Assembly: GCA_032718475.1 (NCBI GenBank)
Contig: JAUCBJ010002763.1
Span: 13,009-77,008, forward strand
Reading direction: 5' to 3'
Source of the DNA: Nemertoderma westbladi
Lineage: Eukaryota; Animalia; Xenacoelomorpha
DNA length: 64,000 nt
The position numbers were made by a program, and so were the translations under genes. This document shows, piece by piece, positions 28,601 through 43,600 of this stretch (positions within the stretch are counted from its first letter, which is position 1; every line of letters starts with the position of its first letter). The notes under the pieces are model-generated. The model made no database searches, was not told the origin of the DNA, and worked only from the letters and a program-made list of their open reading frames with translations.

Positions 28601-31600
28601 GGCTCGGGGTAATCACCTTGTCCGATTATCGAGAAACTTCCGCAAAAGTTATCCTCATAGATGATCCACCTATTAATTGATCAAAATAAATGACATAACG
28701 AAATATATCTACGATTATTGAATTCGATTTATTATGTCAATAATTATGATGTATATTATTTGCTGAATATCTTAATAATGATGGCGAATTTTTTGACATA
28801 ATTATATTTAAGACATACTAATTGTAATAATGTATGTATTAATATTATCATATCACTACTGGAGCTCTGCTCGTGTTCCTGCAGCTATTATTAGTTTGTT
28901 GAGTTTATACTTCTATAGTTCCTCTGTTGGCCGCCAGGTGGCGAATTATAAGAGCTCAGGTTCAACGTTGTTAGCACGGTTTAATTATTAACGATAACAA
29001 TATTGGCACATATTGCATTTACATTACAGTTGGGCAGGTTCCCATCAGTGATGTAAAATGTTCAATTTTATTTGTTCTAGAATTGTTTGATGGACAGTAG
29101 TGGTATGTACACTAGGGCGAAAAAACATTTTTTTTCCAATTTGAATCGGCTGGGTGTGCAAAAGTGGCCAGATGGTCTCAAAACAATGCACAGAAAGAAA
29201 ATTTAAATTTTGCTTATATGATCACTACCTGCAATTTAGCACAACGTGCGCTAAATTAAGAAAATGGTGCCAAATTTCGGAAATATAAAAAATTAAAATT
29301 TGATTTTATTATTGGCTGGCCATATAAAGGTGATTTAATTTAATTTTGATTTAATCATCTAAAAATAACACAAAACAAAAATTTTTCAATTTGATTTTCA
29401 GCAACACCTCCCGCAATTGCTCACAAAGTGTGCTAAATTTATAAAATGTACCAGTTCAATATAGTATGATATATATTTGCTGGTTTTGGCACTTCTCACG
29501 GTTGTATGACATCAATTTTGGGCTGATTAAAAGCGCAATAGTCGGTTTAGTGGGGGTAGAGATGTGTATGTGTTTTAAAAATTCTCAAATTTTCGTGACA
29601 CTTTTTCTATTTATTTTTTATAGATGGAAAAGGCATTCAATTGTCGTGACAAGGCGTGATGCGTAGATGTGTCATAGAGGTGAAACTGTATAAATCTACT
29701 ATGTATTACAGTTCAAATAAACTAAAATGTACTGCATGGCATTAATGGTGACGAAACTAACGGTTCTACCTCTATGCATTGTCGCATCGCACATTGTAGC
29801 GACAATTGATAATGCCTTTAATCCAGCGAAAACAAAAAAAAAAATGGAAAAGTGTTACAAAAATGTGAGATTTTTTGACACATCCAAATCTACCCGCACT
29901 AAATCGACTATTGTGGTTTAAGGGGGGGTAGCGCATTTTCTGACCAAAAAGTCGAATTTTTGAAACATATCCTATCTGATGCAGAATTTCATGCTGAATC
30001 CAAATATGGAAACCGTTTTCCTATATCTTGCTTACTTTTCGAGATATCTGGGATAGAAGAGACTGGCTCCGATATATCGCGATATCGGTAAGGCGATAAA
30101 GTTTGGGGTTTGCATTCAATTTCTGCAAATTTCTGTGCTCAGTGGTGCTAATTGGATGTCTCCACGAGAAAGAGCACAAAATTTTAATTGAGAAGGTATT
30201 TTTTTATGATTATTGGATCTACTGATCAGTTTATAAGACAACTTCATGTCTACGGAATGAAGACAGGACTCGAATAAGCGACTCTGCGGTCTTTGCGGGA
30301 TTACACGGAATAGACTTATCGGTCATCGGAGATCTTCAAAATGTATAATCTCCAGTTCTAGTGGTCGTATGGAGTTCGTTTAGGGCTCATTCGAAAGCTC
30401 TTTTCTCAGAGACCGAAGTTACCATTTGGTTTGGCAAACTCTTGAAAGCTGCCTGAGCAATCATAACTTGAACAAAATTTGCAAGGCATATTTTACCAAA
30501 ATTCATGTTATGTTGCTTTAGAACCATTTTGTCTTAAATCAAATGGTAACTTTGTTCTCTAAGAAAAGAGCTTTCGAATGAGCCTAAAACGAACTTCGTA
30601 CGACCACTAGAACTGGAGATTATACATTTTGAAGATCTCCGATGACCGATAAGTCTATTCCGTGTAATCCCGCAAAGACCGCAGAGTCGCTTATTCGAGT
30701 CCCGTCTTCATTCTGGAGACTTGAAGTTGTCTTATAAACTGATCAGTAGGTCCAATAATCATAAAAAAATACTTTCTCAATTAAAATTTTGTGCTCTTTC
30801 TCGTGGAGACATCCAATGGGCACAGAAATTTGCAGAAATTGAATGCTAACCCCAAACTTCATCGCCTTACCGATATCGCGATATATCGGAGCCAGTATCT
30901 TCTATGCCAGATATCTCGAAAACTAAGCAAGATATGGGAAAACGGTTTCCATATTTGGATTCAGCATGAAATTCTGCATCAGATAGGATATGTTTCAAAA
31001 TTCGTCTTTTTGGTCAGAAAATGCGCCTACCCCCCCCCCCCCCCCCCCCCCCTTAATAAGCCGAAAATCGATGTCATACGACCATTAGAAGTGCCAAGGT
31101 CCGAAGGTCCGATTATTTAGAGCAGCAGTAGTTCCAGTACTCCTCTACATGAGTCCATGCTGGGCTCTAACTGCTGAGGACACCAAATCTCTGGATGGCA
31201 CATTCACAAGAATGCTACGCCGGGTTCATTGTGTCAAGTACAATGCACACATCTCCAACCAGACACTATATAACATTGGAGGTGTCTCATTGGTTCCCCC
31301 AAGCTTGACACTAGAACAAAATCGCCTCCGCTTTGCAGGACATTGCTTTCGCCGTGAGGACCAGCCAGTGCATAATCTTGTACTTTGGCAGCCTCATGGA
31401 GTGAATAAGCATGGTGGACAGCCCATGACTTTCTTGAGACGCATCTTAAAGGACACTGGCCTTAAAGATGCGGATGATCTAGCAAATGTCATGGGTGATA
31501 GGGAGTTGTGGCGGTGCAATTTTGTTGACAAGCCGGCACAGCATTCTTAAAAATGCAGCTGCAATGCAGCATGCCGATCCTAGTAGTAGTAGTAGTAGTA

Positions 31601-34600
31601 GTAGAAGTGCCAAAACCAGCAAATATCTATCAAACTATAATGAACTGGTACATTTTATAAATTTAGCACACTTTGTGAGCAATTGCGGGAGTTGTTGCTG
31701 AAATCAAATTGAAAAATACTTTTGTTTTGTGTTATTTTTAGATCATTTAGTCACCGCGCAAGGCCAGCCAATAACAAAATAACAATTAAAACATTTTTTT
31801 AATTTTTTTATTTGCCGAAATTTGGCACCATTTTCTAAATTTCGCGCACTTTGTGCGTAATTTCAGATAGTAATCATGTAAGTCAAATTTAAACATTTTC
31901 TGTGTATTTTCTCTGTTTTGTAACCATTTTGCCACTTTGCACACCCAGCCGACTCAATTTGGAAAAAAAATGATTTTTCGACCCGCCCTAAAGTATAGTG
32001 TTTTATCTTATTAGTACATTTTATTTTATAGATTAATTTTATTATATGAATGGATCACCTTCCACATTCCACTTTTATACTGGACACAGCGTTGCCAGTT
32101 TTAGTTCTGTCGAAAGTTCCCTCATCTGTGTCGCCATTTACAGTCATTTTGTATCCCTGGAAGTTTCGATCTGTGTAGAGAGTTATTTTTGGACTCGGGC
32201 AATCGCCAGACACTTCCTTCTCCAGAAGTTTTATTGAAGAAACAGCATCCCTTCCCGGTGGGTAGAAAGCGTCCCAATATGGGTAGTACCCAGGGTTGAG
32301 TATTATTCTAGGTCCACTGAATGTGTCACTGAATAAAATTGAGAATATTAACAAAAATCTAGTTATTCCAATATTTAAATTCTTACATGGAACAATTTTT
32401 GCCAAGGTTTGAACATAGCTGCATACCTTTTTTTCCCTAACTGTAAACTAGGTAGTCCTAGTAACCAACCACCTACACAACCTATGCTCGACTAACCTAA
32501 CCATCTAATGTGTCACAATATCAGAAACAAAGTGACTTACTCTAATCGACTATGAGATTTTCAATTTTCAAAAAATTTGAAAGTTACAATTTTCAGCTTA
32601 TCTTTTTTCAATACAGGTTTCCTGGGGCGCTGAATCCATTGGAAGTTATTTAAAAATGATATGATTACTATATAAGGCCGTTTTAGTCCTCTACATAGGC
32701 AAAAAATGAAAAAAAAATAAGTAACCAGTACATTTCAGTTTGAAAACAAATATTTTAATGACATATACGAAGATATAAATTCACATTTTCAGGTTTTCTG
32801 GGTAGCTGATTCTAATTAATACATTTATAATTTCCCAAATCATTGCTACTCGTATTTTTAGGCGTAATATGGCATGTTTTGGTGCTAGCACCAAATTTCT
32901 TACCCATAACCAAAAATTACAACTTTGAGATGTCCAGTGCTGTTTTTATTGATTCAATCGGATTCAGGACCCTCAAAAACTCGTATCACGCAAGAAACAA
33001 GATGATATTATCTATTGATCAAATTTGCTAATCTATTAATCAAAATTACAAATTTATCACACAACAACGCTGAAATATACAAGCAAATTTGAGAACAGTT
33101 ATGTAATTTTTACTTATTCCACTGAATTCATATCCTTTTGTTGCACACGCTAACTGCATGTCGAAATCTTATATTTTTATCGGAGAACTATTCAACTTCT
33201 GTGCGCATAATATTCGTCTCAAATCCATGTTGTATATCACTGTTAAGATTGTTTGTCCGTTGCCCAGCATCGGTTGCCGTAATCCTAAAGCTCCTATTGC
33301 ATTGGTTGCCATACTTTACAATACTTATACTTATACCTATATACTTACTGTAATTGATTGTACATTCAGACCAGATATATATATTAGATAATTATATAGT
33401 CTAGTGTAGAACGAAAAATATAGACAGAGCAATCAATATCAAGCAATAAAAATAAAATGTATACGATATTTCAAGTCAGCGTGACTCTTATTCATGTATT
33501 ATTCTTAAATTCGAATTAATTTTCTAGAACAAATAAATAATTGAAATACTGTCTAAATACCCTAGGTAACAACATAAATATAAAGTTTTAAACTTCTTGA
33601 AGAAAACCTGTGTAGCCATGTAAATTTTCGGTTGCTTCATTAATTGTGTTTATTCCGTATGGTTCCAAGGGCTGCAGTGTGCACTGGTAGTAACCCTCCC
33701 TCTTTCTCATTTGGATTTTGAGTTCTTTTCCCTTGTATCCCTTAATACTATCTATCGATGTTATATGAAAATCTTCCGATGAATGTCCGTTGCTTGTCTG
33801 CTTCTTTTTGTTTGCAATCTGTGTTTTATAATTAGCAATTCTAGCTTTAAAATTAATTGCAGAACCCACCGCTTGTTTATTACATCTAGAACATGATACA
33901 AGGTAAATTACATTCGTACTCTTGCAGTTCAAATTTTCTGTTATAGGAATTCTTCTCCGCTGGTCCCCCGATTTTGAAGAAACAAATTCCATTTATTTGG
34001 AAGAGACGTACCTAATACCTGCAATATCCTACTGTAAAGTTTGTGAATCAAATCATAATCCGACCTTCTCACCAAAACAGTAAACTCTAAGTAAGCGAAT
34101 ATATATTGCAGTATCGGTCTCTTATAACCGGTGAGGCAGAAAACAGTCTACGAACGGACAAACTTCGATAAAACAAAATCCCGTGCAGCGAATCCTAAAA
34201 TCAGGCTGACTCGCTGACGGACTAAGGGGCTCGTATACTTTGCCGCTGACTCGCTGACGGACTAAGGGGCTCGTATACTTTGCCGCGGTGTGATTTATAT
34301 AGTTGGGATAGAGAGATGCTAGCTAGGTGCAGAGATGTCTAACTAGCGGGCAAAGTGCAGTACGGACAAAGTTAATTTTATATATTTTGAGGTGTAAATA
34401 ATTTCTAACACGCGTGTGTCTTAATTCTAAACAGTCAAAGTCAGTTTTGTTCCTTCATATATATAATTACTGGGTCCGGTGTACATTTTACAAATATTCT
34501 AATTTTATAACTTGTAGGTCCAATACTCACGAATGATAAGGCTCCTCCCCCTTTTGTGTATTTCCAGGACTCAAATTCAGGCATAAGGTTAATACTACGC

Positions 34601-37600
34601 CCAGAATTCGGCAATTTAATTTACCAGGTCCCTAATACTAAGAAGAAATGTGTTAGTTTACTACAGTAGGCGTACAATTACTAATAGCTAGCCTGGCGTT
34701 CTTATCTAGAATTTTGGTTGCCTAGATGGGTACGGCAACTTCCTAACAGAATGTTGGCGGGGACACGGTAGATGTTAGTATCCCTAAATAGCCTCAATTT
34801 ATTTTGCGCCTAGTTGTAAACTGCCCTACCGCCTGAATGGTACAATCCCAATTCAGGTAAAACACAGTAACCCTTCTGGCCTACAAGTTCAAATGCAATG
34901 GACACCGTTGTACTACAAATAGTCACAGACGCACCTGCACTTAGCAAGAGTTAGGCGTACAGTTTGCTGCACCCTACCAATGTGTATGCCTTGTACCGGT
35001 GTGCCTGCGTCCTATCTGTATACTAGTATCTCTGCCTGATCTCCTCTCCCCCCGTAGGAATATGAAGGTCTACTGCGGGTTTTCTCTGAATTAAGACAGT
35101 ACGGTCCCTAGATGTAAATTTTAGCGCACAGCGTGTCACTACCTCTACCTTCGATCTTTGGTCTTATACTTAGGTAGCAAGGCATTGAACGCTGTCTAAC
35201 CTTTCAGGCGATGGGCGAATAACTCAAGAATGATATTGCGGGTTGTCTCCTTCTACATTCCTCAGATGTTCCCGTTCACTGCTGTGGCCCGATGTTTAGC
35301 CTGCCATCCTGTCCCTCAGTTTAGTTCACCGTGGTGAAGCATGATAGGAAAACAGATGTAACAAGTATTTCTAACTTTATTACAGAATATATACATAAAC
35401 TGATACAAGAAAGTAATAGATAACTAATAAGTGATAATCTAAAGCAAGAATGATTGTATACTAAGAATATAGAAGAGATTAATAACTAATGAACAAAGTC
35501 GCACCTTTTATAGCAAATTTGTGCTGCAATCAATCGAGAAAATTCTCGATTGTTCTATGAGTTCTAATAGGTTTTTAAAGATAACTATTGGTCCAGCGAA
35601 TATATAACTTGCACGACATTGGTTACTATCTAATAACTACAATCCCATTGGTTAATCTACTTCGAGCAATTGCAATTTAATTTGTAGCGGTTAATTTAAA
35701 TGAGTTGAAACTCTGCACAAAAAATAATTCGCACCTACTAGGATTCGAACTCAATACCTACTACATATAATTTCCAACACTTTACCGACTGAGCTACTGA
35801 ACCACTTGAATAATCATCGTACAAATAGATATAGTAAATACAAATGAGGACTTAATGTAATCTTTATAGCAAAGTTAATTCGAACAAAATAAAATTTTGA
35901 AAATCCACGGCATTTAGAGGATATAATTCTATACCGCTCCATGAAAACAGGATATTATAGTGCATAAAATATACGGTTTTCACCAATACTAAATCAAATT
36001 ATGGAATACTTGGGACGTACTTACATATTTACAGATTAAATCTCAACAATAATACCTCTACATAATAATTCGATACAAAATAATTACAAATTCAAACTTT
36101 ACGTATTTAAGGCTTTATTAAGTAAGTACAATATAAATCTAAATTAAATTCACTAAAATAAATCTATTGCATCTCAAATATTGCATAAATTCAAACAATC
36201 ACAAATACTAATACTACTTAAATATAAAACAAATTGCATAAGTTCGGATAATTTCAAATAAATCACAAGAAAGGCTCACAAGTCTTCCGTCTGCTCTTGC
36301 CTTCTATTTACTGTGAATACAAATACTGCTTCTTTATAAAATATAAATTGCATAATATTCGAAACAATAAATTGCGTAAGTTTGGAATGACTACAAATAT
36401 AGCACTTTCTAAATATAAATCTTTACTAAATTGCATAAGTTTAGAATAATACTGCATAAGTTTAGAATAATACTGTATAAGTTTAGAATAATACTGCATA
36501 AGTTTAGAATAATATAAACTCCTTTGCATCTCAAATATGAAATATAAATCTTTCAAATATAAGTTCCTTCTAAATATAAACTTTCTAAATTTCATAAATT
36601 CGGAACAATACAAATACATAAATTTAGAACAAATGTAAATTGCATAAATTTAGAATAATATAAATTGCATAAATTTAGAACAATATAAATTGCATAAATT
36701 TAGAACAAATTCAATTTACATAAACAATTTGATTTACCTAAACAATGCATAAAACAATACATAAAACAAACATAAAGCAAATAATTCATAAGAAAGGCTC
36801 ACGAGTCTTCCGTCCACTCCTTCCTTCCCGCTTTAACGCTTAGCGGATCGAGCTCTGCCGCGTCCTCGAAAACTGCGTATCAGCGATTTAGCTCGTGATA
36901 TGGGACTTGTGGGGCGAGCCACTGGTTTACTTTGGATGTTGGGAGATGGTACGACCATTTCCTCACATATTCGTCTCTTAGTTATCCCAAATCCTTGTCC
37001 AATTCCTCGTGACCGATTTGTTGTATCTACCGCTGGTAAAACGTCTGGGAACGCGTGGAAAGCGGACGACGCAGACCCAAGAGAAGCTTGCGCCCCCTTT
37101 TGATCAGCTGGTATATGTCCCGATCCTCCTTGCGGTTCTCTGGGAAGCGAAACCGTATCCCGAGTAATTCGAATAGTCGGTTCGTATCCCCTTCGTTCTT
37201 CAACATTGATAGTTTTCTTTAATTGTTGGCTCACTTTCTGAACCCTTATGATCCTGTGCTGTCCGTCCTCCCGAGGGTGACGTGCAGATGGCGCGACCGG
37301 AGTAGCTGGTATGTTGGTCGCCTCTAGGACCTCCTCTTCCTCGAATACGCTCGCTCGTATACGTTTATGGTAGAACGCGGCTCGGTACGCCCATGCGACG
37401 GTTAACCAAGCTCCCTTGTTCCGCTTTTCCGTTCGGAACCGATCAAATTCACCATAGGTGATACGATTAACGACTTTCTGGAAATTCCATGTATTCTTAT
37501 TGTCAGGATGTATCTGTAACAAATATTCGCGCACAACTCGGAATCCACTATCGTGAGGCAAAATATCAACTACCTCGATGAGTTCGTCATATTGTGGCAT

Positions 37601-40600
37601 AGCGGAGATATATCCTTCCGACATCATAGTTTGAGGATTTACCGCCCAAAATCCAAGATGTGCTCTCATCGGGAACCGTCTTCTTTGCGCCGATACATGT
37701 TCGTCAGCCAAATCTTCCCAATCATCAAATAGTTTTCGCACGAGTTTTACAGATTCGTGTTCGTAAGGTATGTCTCTCAGTTGGCATTCAGATGCTCGGT
37801 GTCCCTTTATATTACAGTATGTGCATTGAGCCATAAATCTCCAGCAAGTATAAAATGTATGGGACCCTTGATCTCCACACCATCCACAAATCAGTTGAGT
37901 CGTAGTAATGTGCTTTCCACTGCACTTTGTCGAATGATGTCCAGCGGCGCCACATTTACCACACATTGTATTAGCAGGGTACCACACTCGCTCATATATA
38001 AGATCGCCAATGGGTCGAGCACTTCCTCCCACACTATAGTCATAATCATCTGGATCGATAGGTTGGTATGTTTCAGAAGGTTGTATGCAAACTACAGCAT
38101 CAGTTGCTTCTAATTGTCGAATCTCCGTCTGAGATTTCTTCAGGAGGTTCCTTTCAATCTCAAGAAGTTCCTCTAAAGGATCATCGATGGTCGTTGTTAC
38201 TTCGAAATCATCACCTAAGAGACCGATAGGCGCACGCGTCTGCCGTGATTCGTCCGTAAGCTCCACGATACGTTCTCCTTCATAAGGTAACATTGTAAAC
38301 ATAGATGGTCTTTCGATAAGAGATCCCGCACAGCGAAGATACACGTCTCGAAATATACTAAATCCTTTGCACCGAATCTTTCGAATGGCGCTGCTGCTTC
38401 CTCTTGGATATCATATCCCCATCTCGGCTCTCCATGTATCCCCTTCGCCATTATTAGAAGTATGATTACATAATCATTGCTACTAGAGGGAATACAACAG
38501 AGTTTATTGTTAGTTGTGAGGAGATGCGAGAGTTTTCGTCTGCCCTTTTGGCTCGACAACGCTCTAACCTCCTACCCATAGCCTAAGATCTAGGGTTTCT
38601 TTAATGACACGCTGTTTCTTATCTAAAATTTTTTTTTGCCGAAATAAAAACGAATTTGGGCTAAACTGGCTGTGAGTCTAAAATACTCACCTTTTGATCC
38701 CAAACTATTATCAGAAAATAAGCAATCGAGAGTTAGTAATAAATATAGGGGAGTCTATTATTTGACGTAACTTATTGAAACAAGACCGTGTAAAATTTAA
38801 TTAAAATTTAAGAAAGGCTCGCGAGTCTTCCTTTCTCTTGTTTCTCTAATTTTAAGTCCCACCCGACTGTACCCTGAAATCTATTCACTGGAGAAAATTT
38901 TAAAAATTTTTCAAATCCAAATGGATTGTCTAAAATTTCGAAAATGTCTCAATATTGTGAGTTCCAAGTAGAATTCCATTTCTTATACCTACAAATCCCG
39001 CTCCTATGTGACACATAAGGGTACGACCCTCAATGTTCACATATAAAGACAATGGAATTCTACCGCTGTCTTTACTACGGTGTACAGGTACGTGGAAATC
39101 TATTTGTAAACTCCTTACTATTTACTAACATTTGTTGGAGACTTGTAATCTCCAGACTTGTTTCGCGTCTCTTCAAGAAGTATGAGACGTTGAGTCGGTC
39201 TGTCTACTGTACGACCGTCAATTGTCCGTACAGTCACAGTTCTTGTCACTCCATCCATAGATGGATGTGTGTCTAAAATTACACCTGTTATCCAGAAGCG
39301 TCTTTTTAAATTCACTTCTGCCAACAGCACATGATCTTCCGCTCTTAAAGCGCGAGTATTTTTGTACCAAGTTGTTCTGGTAGAAATAGAGGGCAAATAA
39401 TGGTTTTGCCATATTTCCCAGAATTTGTTAGCTAGTAGTTGCGTGATTTTCCACGCTTTTCTACCGTAGCTATCGCCTTCTATTGGAATAGAAATAGGCG
39501 TTAATGTGGTCGGTGCCTGCATAAGCAGGTGTGCCGGTGTCAAAGCAAACTGGGATTGTTTGTCATCGGGTACTAATACTATTGGTCTAGTATTTAGTAT
39601 TGCCTCGATTTCAACAAACAATGTTGTCAGTTGGTCGTCTGTCAAGATGTGGTTTACTGGAATTACTTTTGCCATGGCTGTTTTTATAGATCTAATCAAT
39701 CTCTCCCAGACTCCGCCTCTCCATGGACTGTCTGGAGGATTAAACTTCCAAACAATCTTGTAAGGACGTAGTTCGTTTGAGATTTGATCATGATCTAATT
39801 TCTTAAAGGCTCTAGCAATTTCATTTCGAGCACCAACAAAGTTTGTACCTTGGTCTGAGTACAAGCATTTTACTAGTCCGCGTCTAGCGATAAATCGCCG
39901 CAATGCTAGTATAAAGGCGTTGGTGGAAAGATCCATCACACGTTCAATATGAACTGCCCTACTGGACATGCATGTGAAAATCAGTCCCCAGCGTTTCACT
40001 AGTATACGTCCACGTTTCGTATGTATGGGACCAAAGCAGTCAATTCCAGTCTCTGTGAAAGGTGGTCTGAATGCCTGTAGTCTTGCTTGTGGAAGTTCAC
40101 TCAGTTCTTGGGTACTTATTCTAGAATGTACCTTCTTACAAATAATACACATACGCGTCACTGAACTTAACGCTTTACTGGGTCTAATTAATACAAATCT
40201 TGTACGTAAGTAGGAAAGACAGTGGTGTCTTCCAGCGTGTTTCAGATGTAAATGTGCGTCCAGTATCATTGCACGTTGTAATTCGTGATGTTGTGGTATT
40301 ATTATTGGGTACCTAAAATCAGTATTAAAGTCAATGTTTTGAAGCCGAGATTTATGACAAATCAAGCCATTATAAATTATCGGACTCCAACTCAAAATTG
40401 GTGACGACTTGATTGGTTGACCTTGACTTATAGATGTGAATTCGCGCGCGAAATATCGCAATTGATAATGGCGAATTAATTTAATTTCACATCTGTCAAT
40501 CTCAGTCAATGTGAGTCGACGTGTAAAGTCGCGTTTGCCTTTAACGTACTGTACAAAACGTACAATCCACGCTAATTTTCGGCACGCGTTGGTCCAAGAA

Positions 40601-43600
40601 TCTGTCAAATTTACAATACGGTCGACGTAAGTATTTGTGACGTCATCAGGTAAGTCAATGGAGAATTTGGAAGGTTTTGATTTACTAGATGGGCCCACGA
40701 GTCCGCCGGTAGGTATTCCCTTGTTGACTGTTGATCCGTCCGGGTCTACAAGTAATTTGTCCTTCTTCGTCTTCTTACCTTGATTGTCAGTACTTTGTGT
40801 GTCGATCCCTAATGGTGGTTTTAACTCTATGGGATCACTGGGTTTCGGTAAACTTATTTTTCTGCCGATATTTATCCCAGGTCTCACCTTAGGTTGTAAG
40901 TTTGGTATGTCCCTTGAGCGTAAAGTAACACCTGTATTTACATTAGCGTAGGTACTACCCACATCTGTAATACATGAGGTTTCACTGTACTTATGGTTAA
41001 TCAAGGGTGTCAAGTTTGGTAGTTTGTCAATAGAAGGCCGCTCCAATAGGGAAACTACGGCTTTACTATGTGTCGCTACGTTACTAATGTCTGGTAGAAC
41101 ATCTTGTGAAATGTCTGGTAAAATGTTTCGCGGAACTTCCGGTGAAACGTCTAGTGACATGTCTGGCAAAATGTCTGGTTGACCGTCTAGTAACGTGTCT
41201 GGTTGACCGTCTGGCGATACGTCTGGTAACATGTCTGGTTGACCGTCTGGCGATACGTCTGGTTGAGAAAGGCTCGCAAGTCTTCCTGCCCTAACTTTGT
41301 GAGTTATATTTTTCCATTTCGCCTTTGGTTTCTTCTTAAGTTTCGCCGTTGTCTTTTTCTTTGCTTTACCTTTCTTTGGTTTTTTAATTTCGGCGTCCTT
41401 AGGAAAAGTATTAGACTTGTTATCGTATAGTGGCGGCCAATGTTGTGTTGCTCTTTGTAAGAATTGTGGTCCGTGTTGCCAAAATTTCTTGTTTTCCGGT
41501 TTACAGAATTCTTCAGGCATCATTCCTCGCGACGCAATATCAGCTGGATTTTGTGGTCCGGGACAATGTCGCCAATCTTCTTTTATTGAACGGTCAAGAA
41601 TTTCTGCACGACGGTTAGCTACGAATGTCTTGAATTCAAGTGTGTCGTTGTTTATATAAAATAAAACTAACGTCGCGTCAGTCCAATAAAATATCTGTAA
41701 ACTTGACTGTAGTTCAGTCTGTATGAGGTTTACAATTGTCGTTGACAGAGTTGCGGCTTGTAGCTCAGCGCGTGGTGTCGTCATGTACTTAGTAGGCATT
41801 GTTTTAGCCTTAGAAGTAATGAGCGAAACATCAAACTCGTCTGAGTCTACTTGTCTGCGCAAATACGCTGTAACACCAAAGCCGTTGTCACTGGCGTCTG
41901 AAAAACAATGTAATTCTAAGTTGTCAGGAAATGTCGTCTGTAATGGAAAGTACACCCGGGGTATGGAATAATCCTCTAGCGAAGATAATTGCGCCTCCCA
42001 AGTCTTCCATAAGACCACTTGTTCGGATGAGATTGGTTCGTCCCATGTCAGTCCATCTTTCCAAATACTGCGCATATATATTCTTGCTTGCAGTATTATT
42101 GGGCTGATGAAACCTAATGGATCGAACAGTCTGCTTAGTTTCGACAAGCAAGACCTCTTTGTCAGAGAATCCCCTTCAGCGTCCAGTTTTACTTTCACTC
42201 GAAAGTTGTCTGTGTTCGGGTCCCAAAATAGTCCCAACACCTTGGTCGTCGGCAGTGGTTCGAACTCTAAGTCAATGTCCCCACCCCCACGTTCAGTCGT
42301 TTCGAATGAATTTACTAATTCGGCACTGTTTGAGGCAAACTTAGTGAGGTTAAAACCTCCGCCTGCTAAACAGTCCCGTAATTGATGTGCTACTGTTATA
42401 GCACGTTCTACTGTGTCACAACTTTGTAATCCATCATCCACATAAAAGTCTCGTTCTACGATCCGGATTACCTCTGGGTCATACATATGTTTCTGATCCC
42501 TAGCGGTCTGTTTTAGGGCGTACATAGTGCAGTTTGGGCTGTCCCTGGCACCGAAAACGCGAACTTGCATTTGGTAAGTCGCCGGTGGTTGACTTAAGTC
42601 TCCATCCGGGTACCAGAGGAACCTCAAACTGTCTCTGTCTCGCTCTAACGCTCGCACTTGGTGAAACATCGCTTCTACGTCACAAGTAAATGCTACTTGG
42701 CGCTGACGGAAGCGCATAATCACCCCCATGAGATAATTATTCATGTTTGGTCCATCCATCAACTCACTGTTGAGAGACATTCCTTCAAACAGGGCCGCGC
42801 AGTCGTTAACTATGCGTACTTTATCAGGTTTGTCGGGGTGTCTCACGTAGTGATGTGGCAAATAGTATGTCTGGTCTGTCACAATCTCTGGGTTAGTCAT
42901 TTTGATAGCGTATCCTTTTGTTAAATACGTTTCCATCTGAGTATTGTACTGCAGATGGGCTTTCTCGTCCTTCAATAAACGTTGTCGTATTGAGTGTAAG
43001 CGTCGTAAGGCTAGCGGATAATTATTGATAAGTTTAGGGCTTTGGCTACGCCATAGCATCCCTACCTCATAATGTCCGTCTTTTGTCTGGCGGATAGTAT
43101 CTTCCATGATCTTCAAAGATTGTTTCTCTTGTTCCGACATACACGGTTCATATCTACCTGGTTCGGCTGTGTCTTGTTCCAACCACTTGATAGTTTTCTC
43201 TGTTAATTCTTTGTCTAATGTGGCTTGTTCCACTTGACAGTTCCTTAATGCGTCGTCATCGATATCGACGGGCATCACTAATGTTATTGGTGTAGATAGA
43301 CTCGCAAGCCTTCCGGCGTTATCATCTGTCGTCGATGGAACCTCTGCCTGACTCCGCTTCTTCTCAATCTCTATACTAACCTTGTGGATAGGCTGCTTTC
43401 TGTGACTTATCGTATTAGCTACACACGTCGTACCTGTAACGTTGTCGTGTTTTGTCGAACGTAGTGTAGTATAGTCTATGTCAGGTGAAAAGGAATGAAT
43501 CGAAGTTGTAGTTAGTAAACTACATGTACTTTGTACATCGTCTTCCTCATCACTTATATCCAGTGTGCGCACAGGCGCTCGAGTATACCACCCTATCGGA

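Larger units (their letters stand above)
29113..31990. mobile_element. Long-TIR MITE (tagggcg...cgcccta) hosting two later insertions
   Basis: 29113-29500 is the inverse of 31614-31990. Confidence 0.8.

Noticed and set aside
35719-35803. Functional tRNA gene
   Set aside because: Acceptor and anticodon stems do not pair; only the boxes and D-arm are kept
36308-36619. 103-aa ORF with YYSKLMQ repeats
   Set aside because: Artefact of a 21-bp minisatellite
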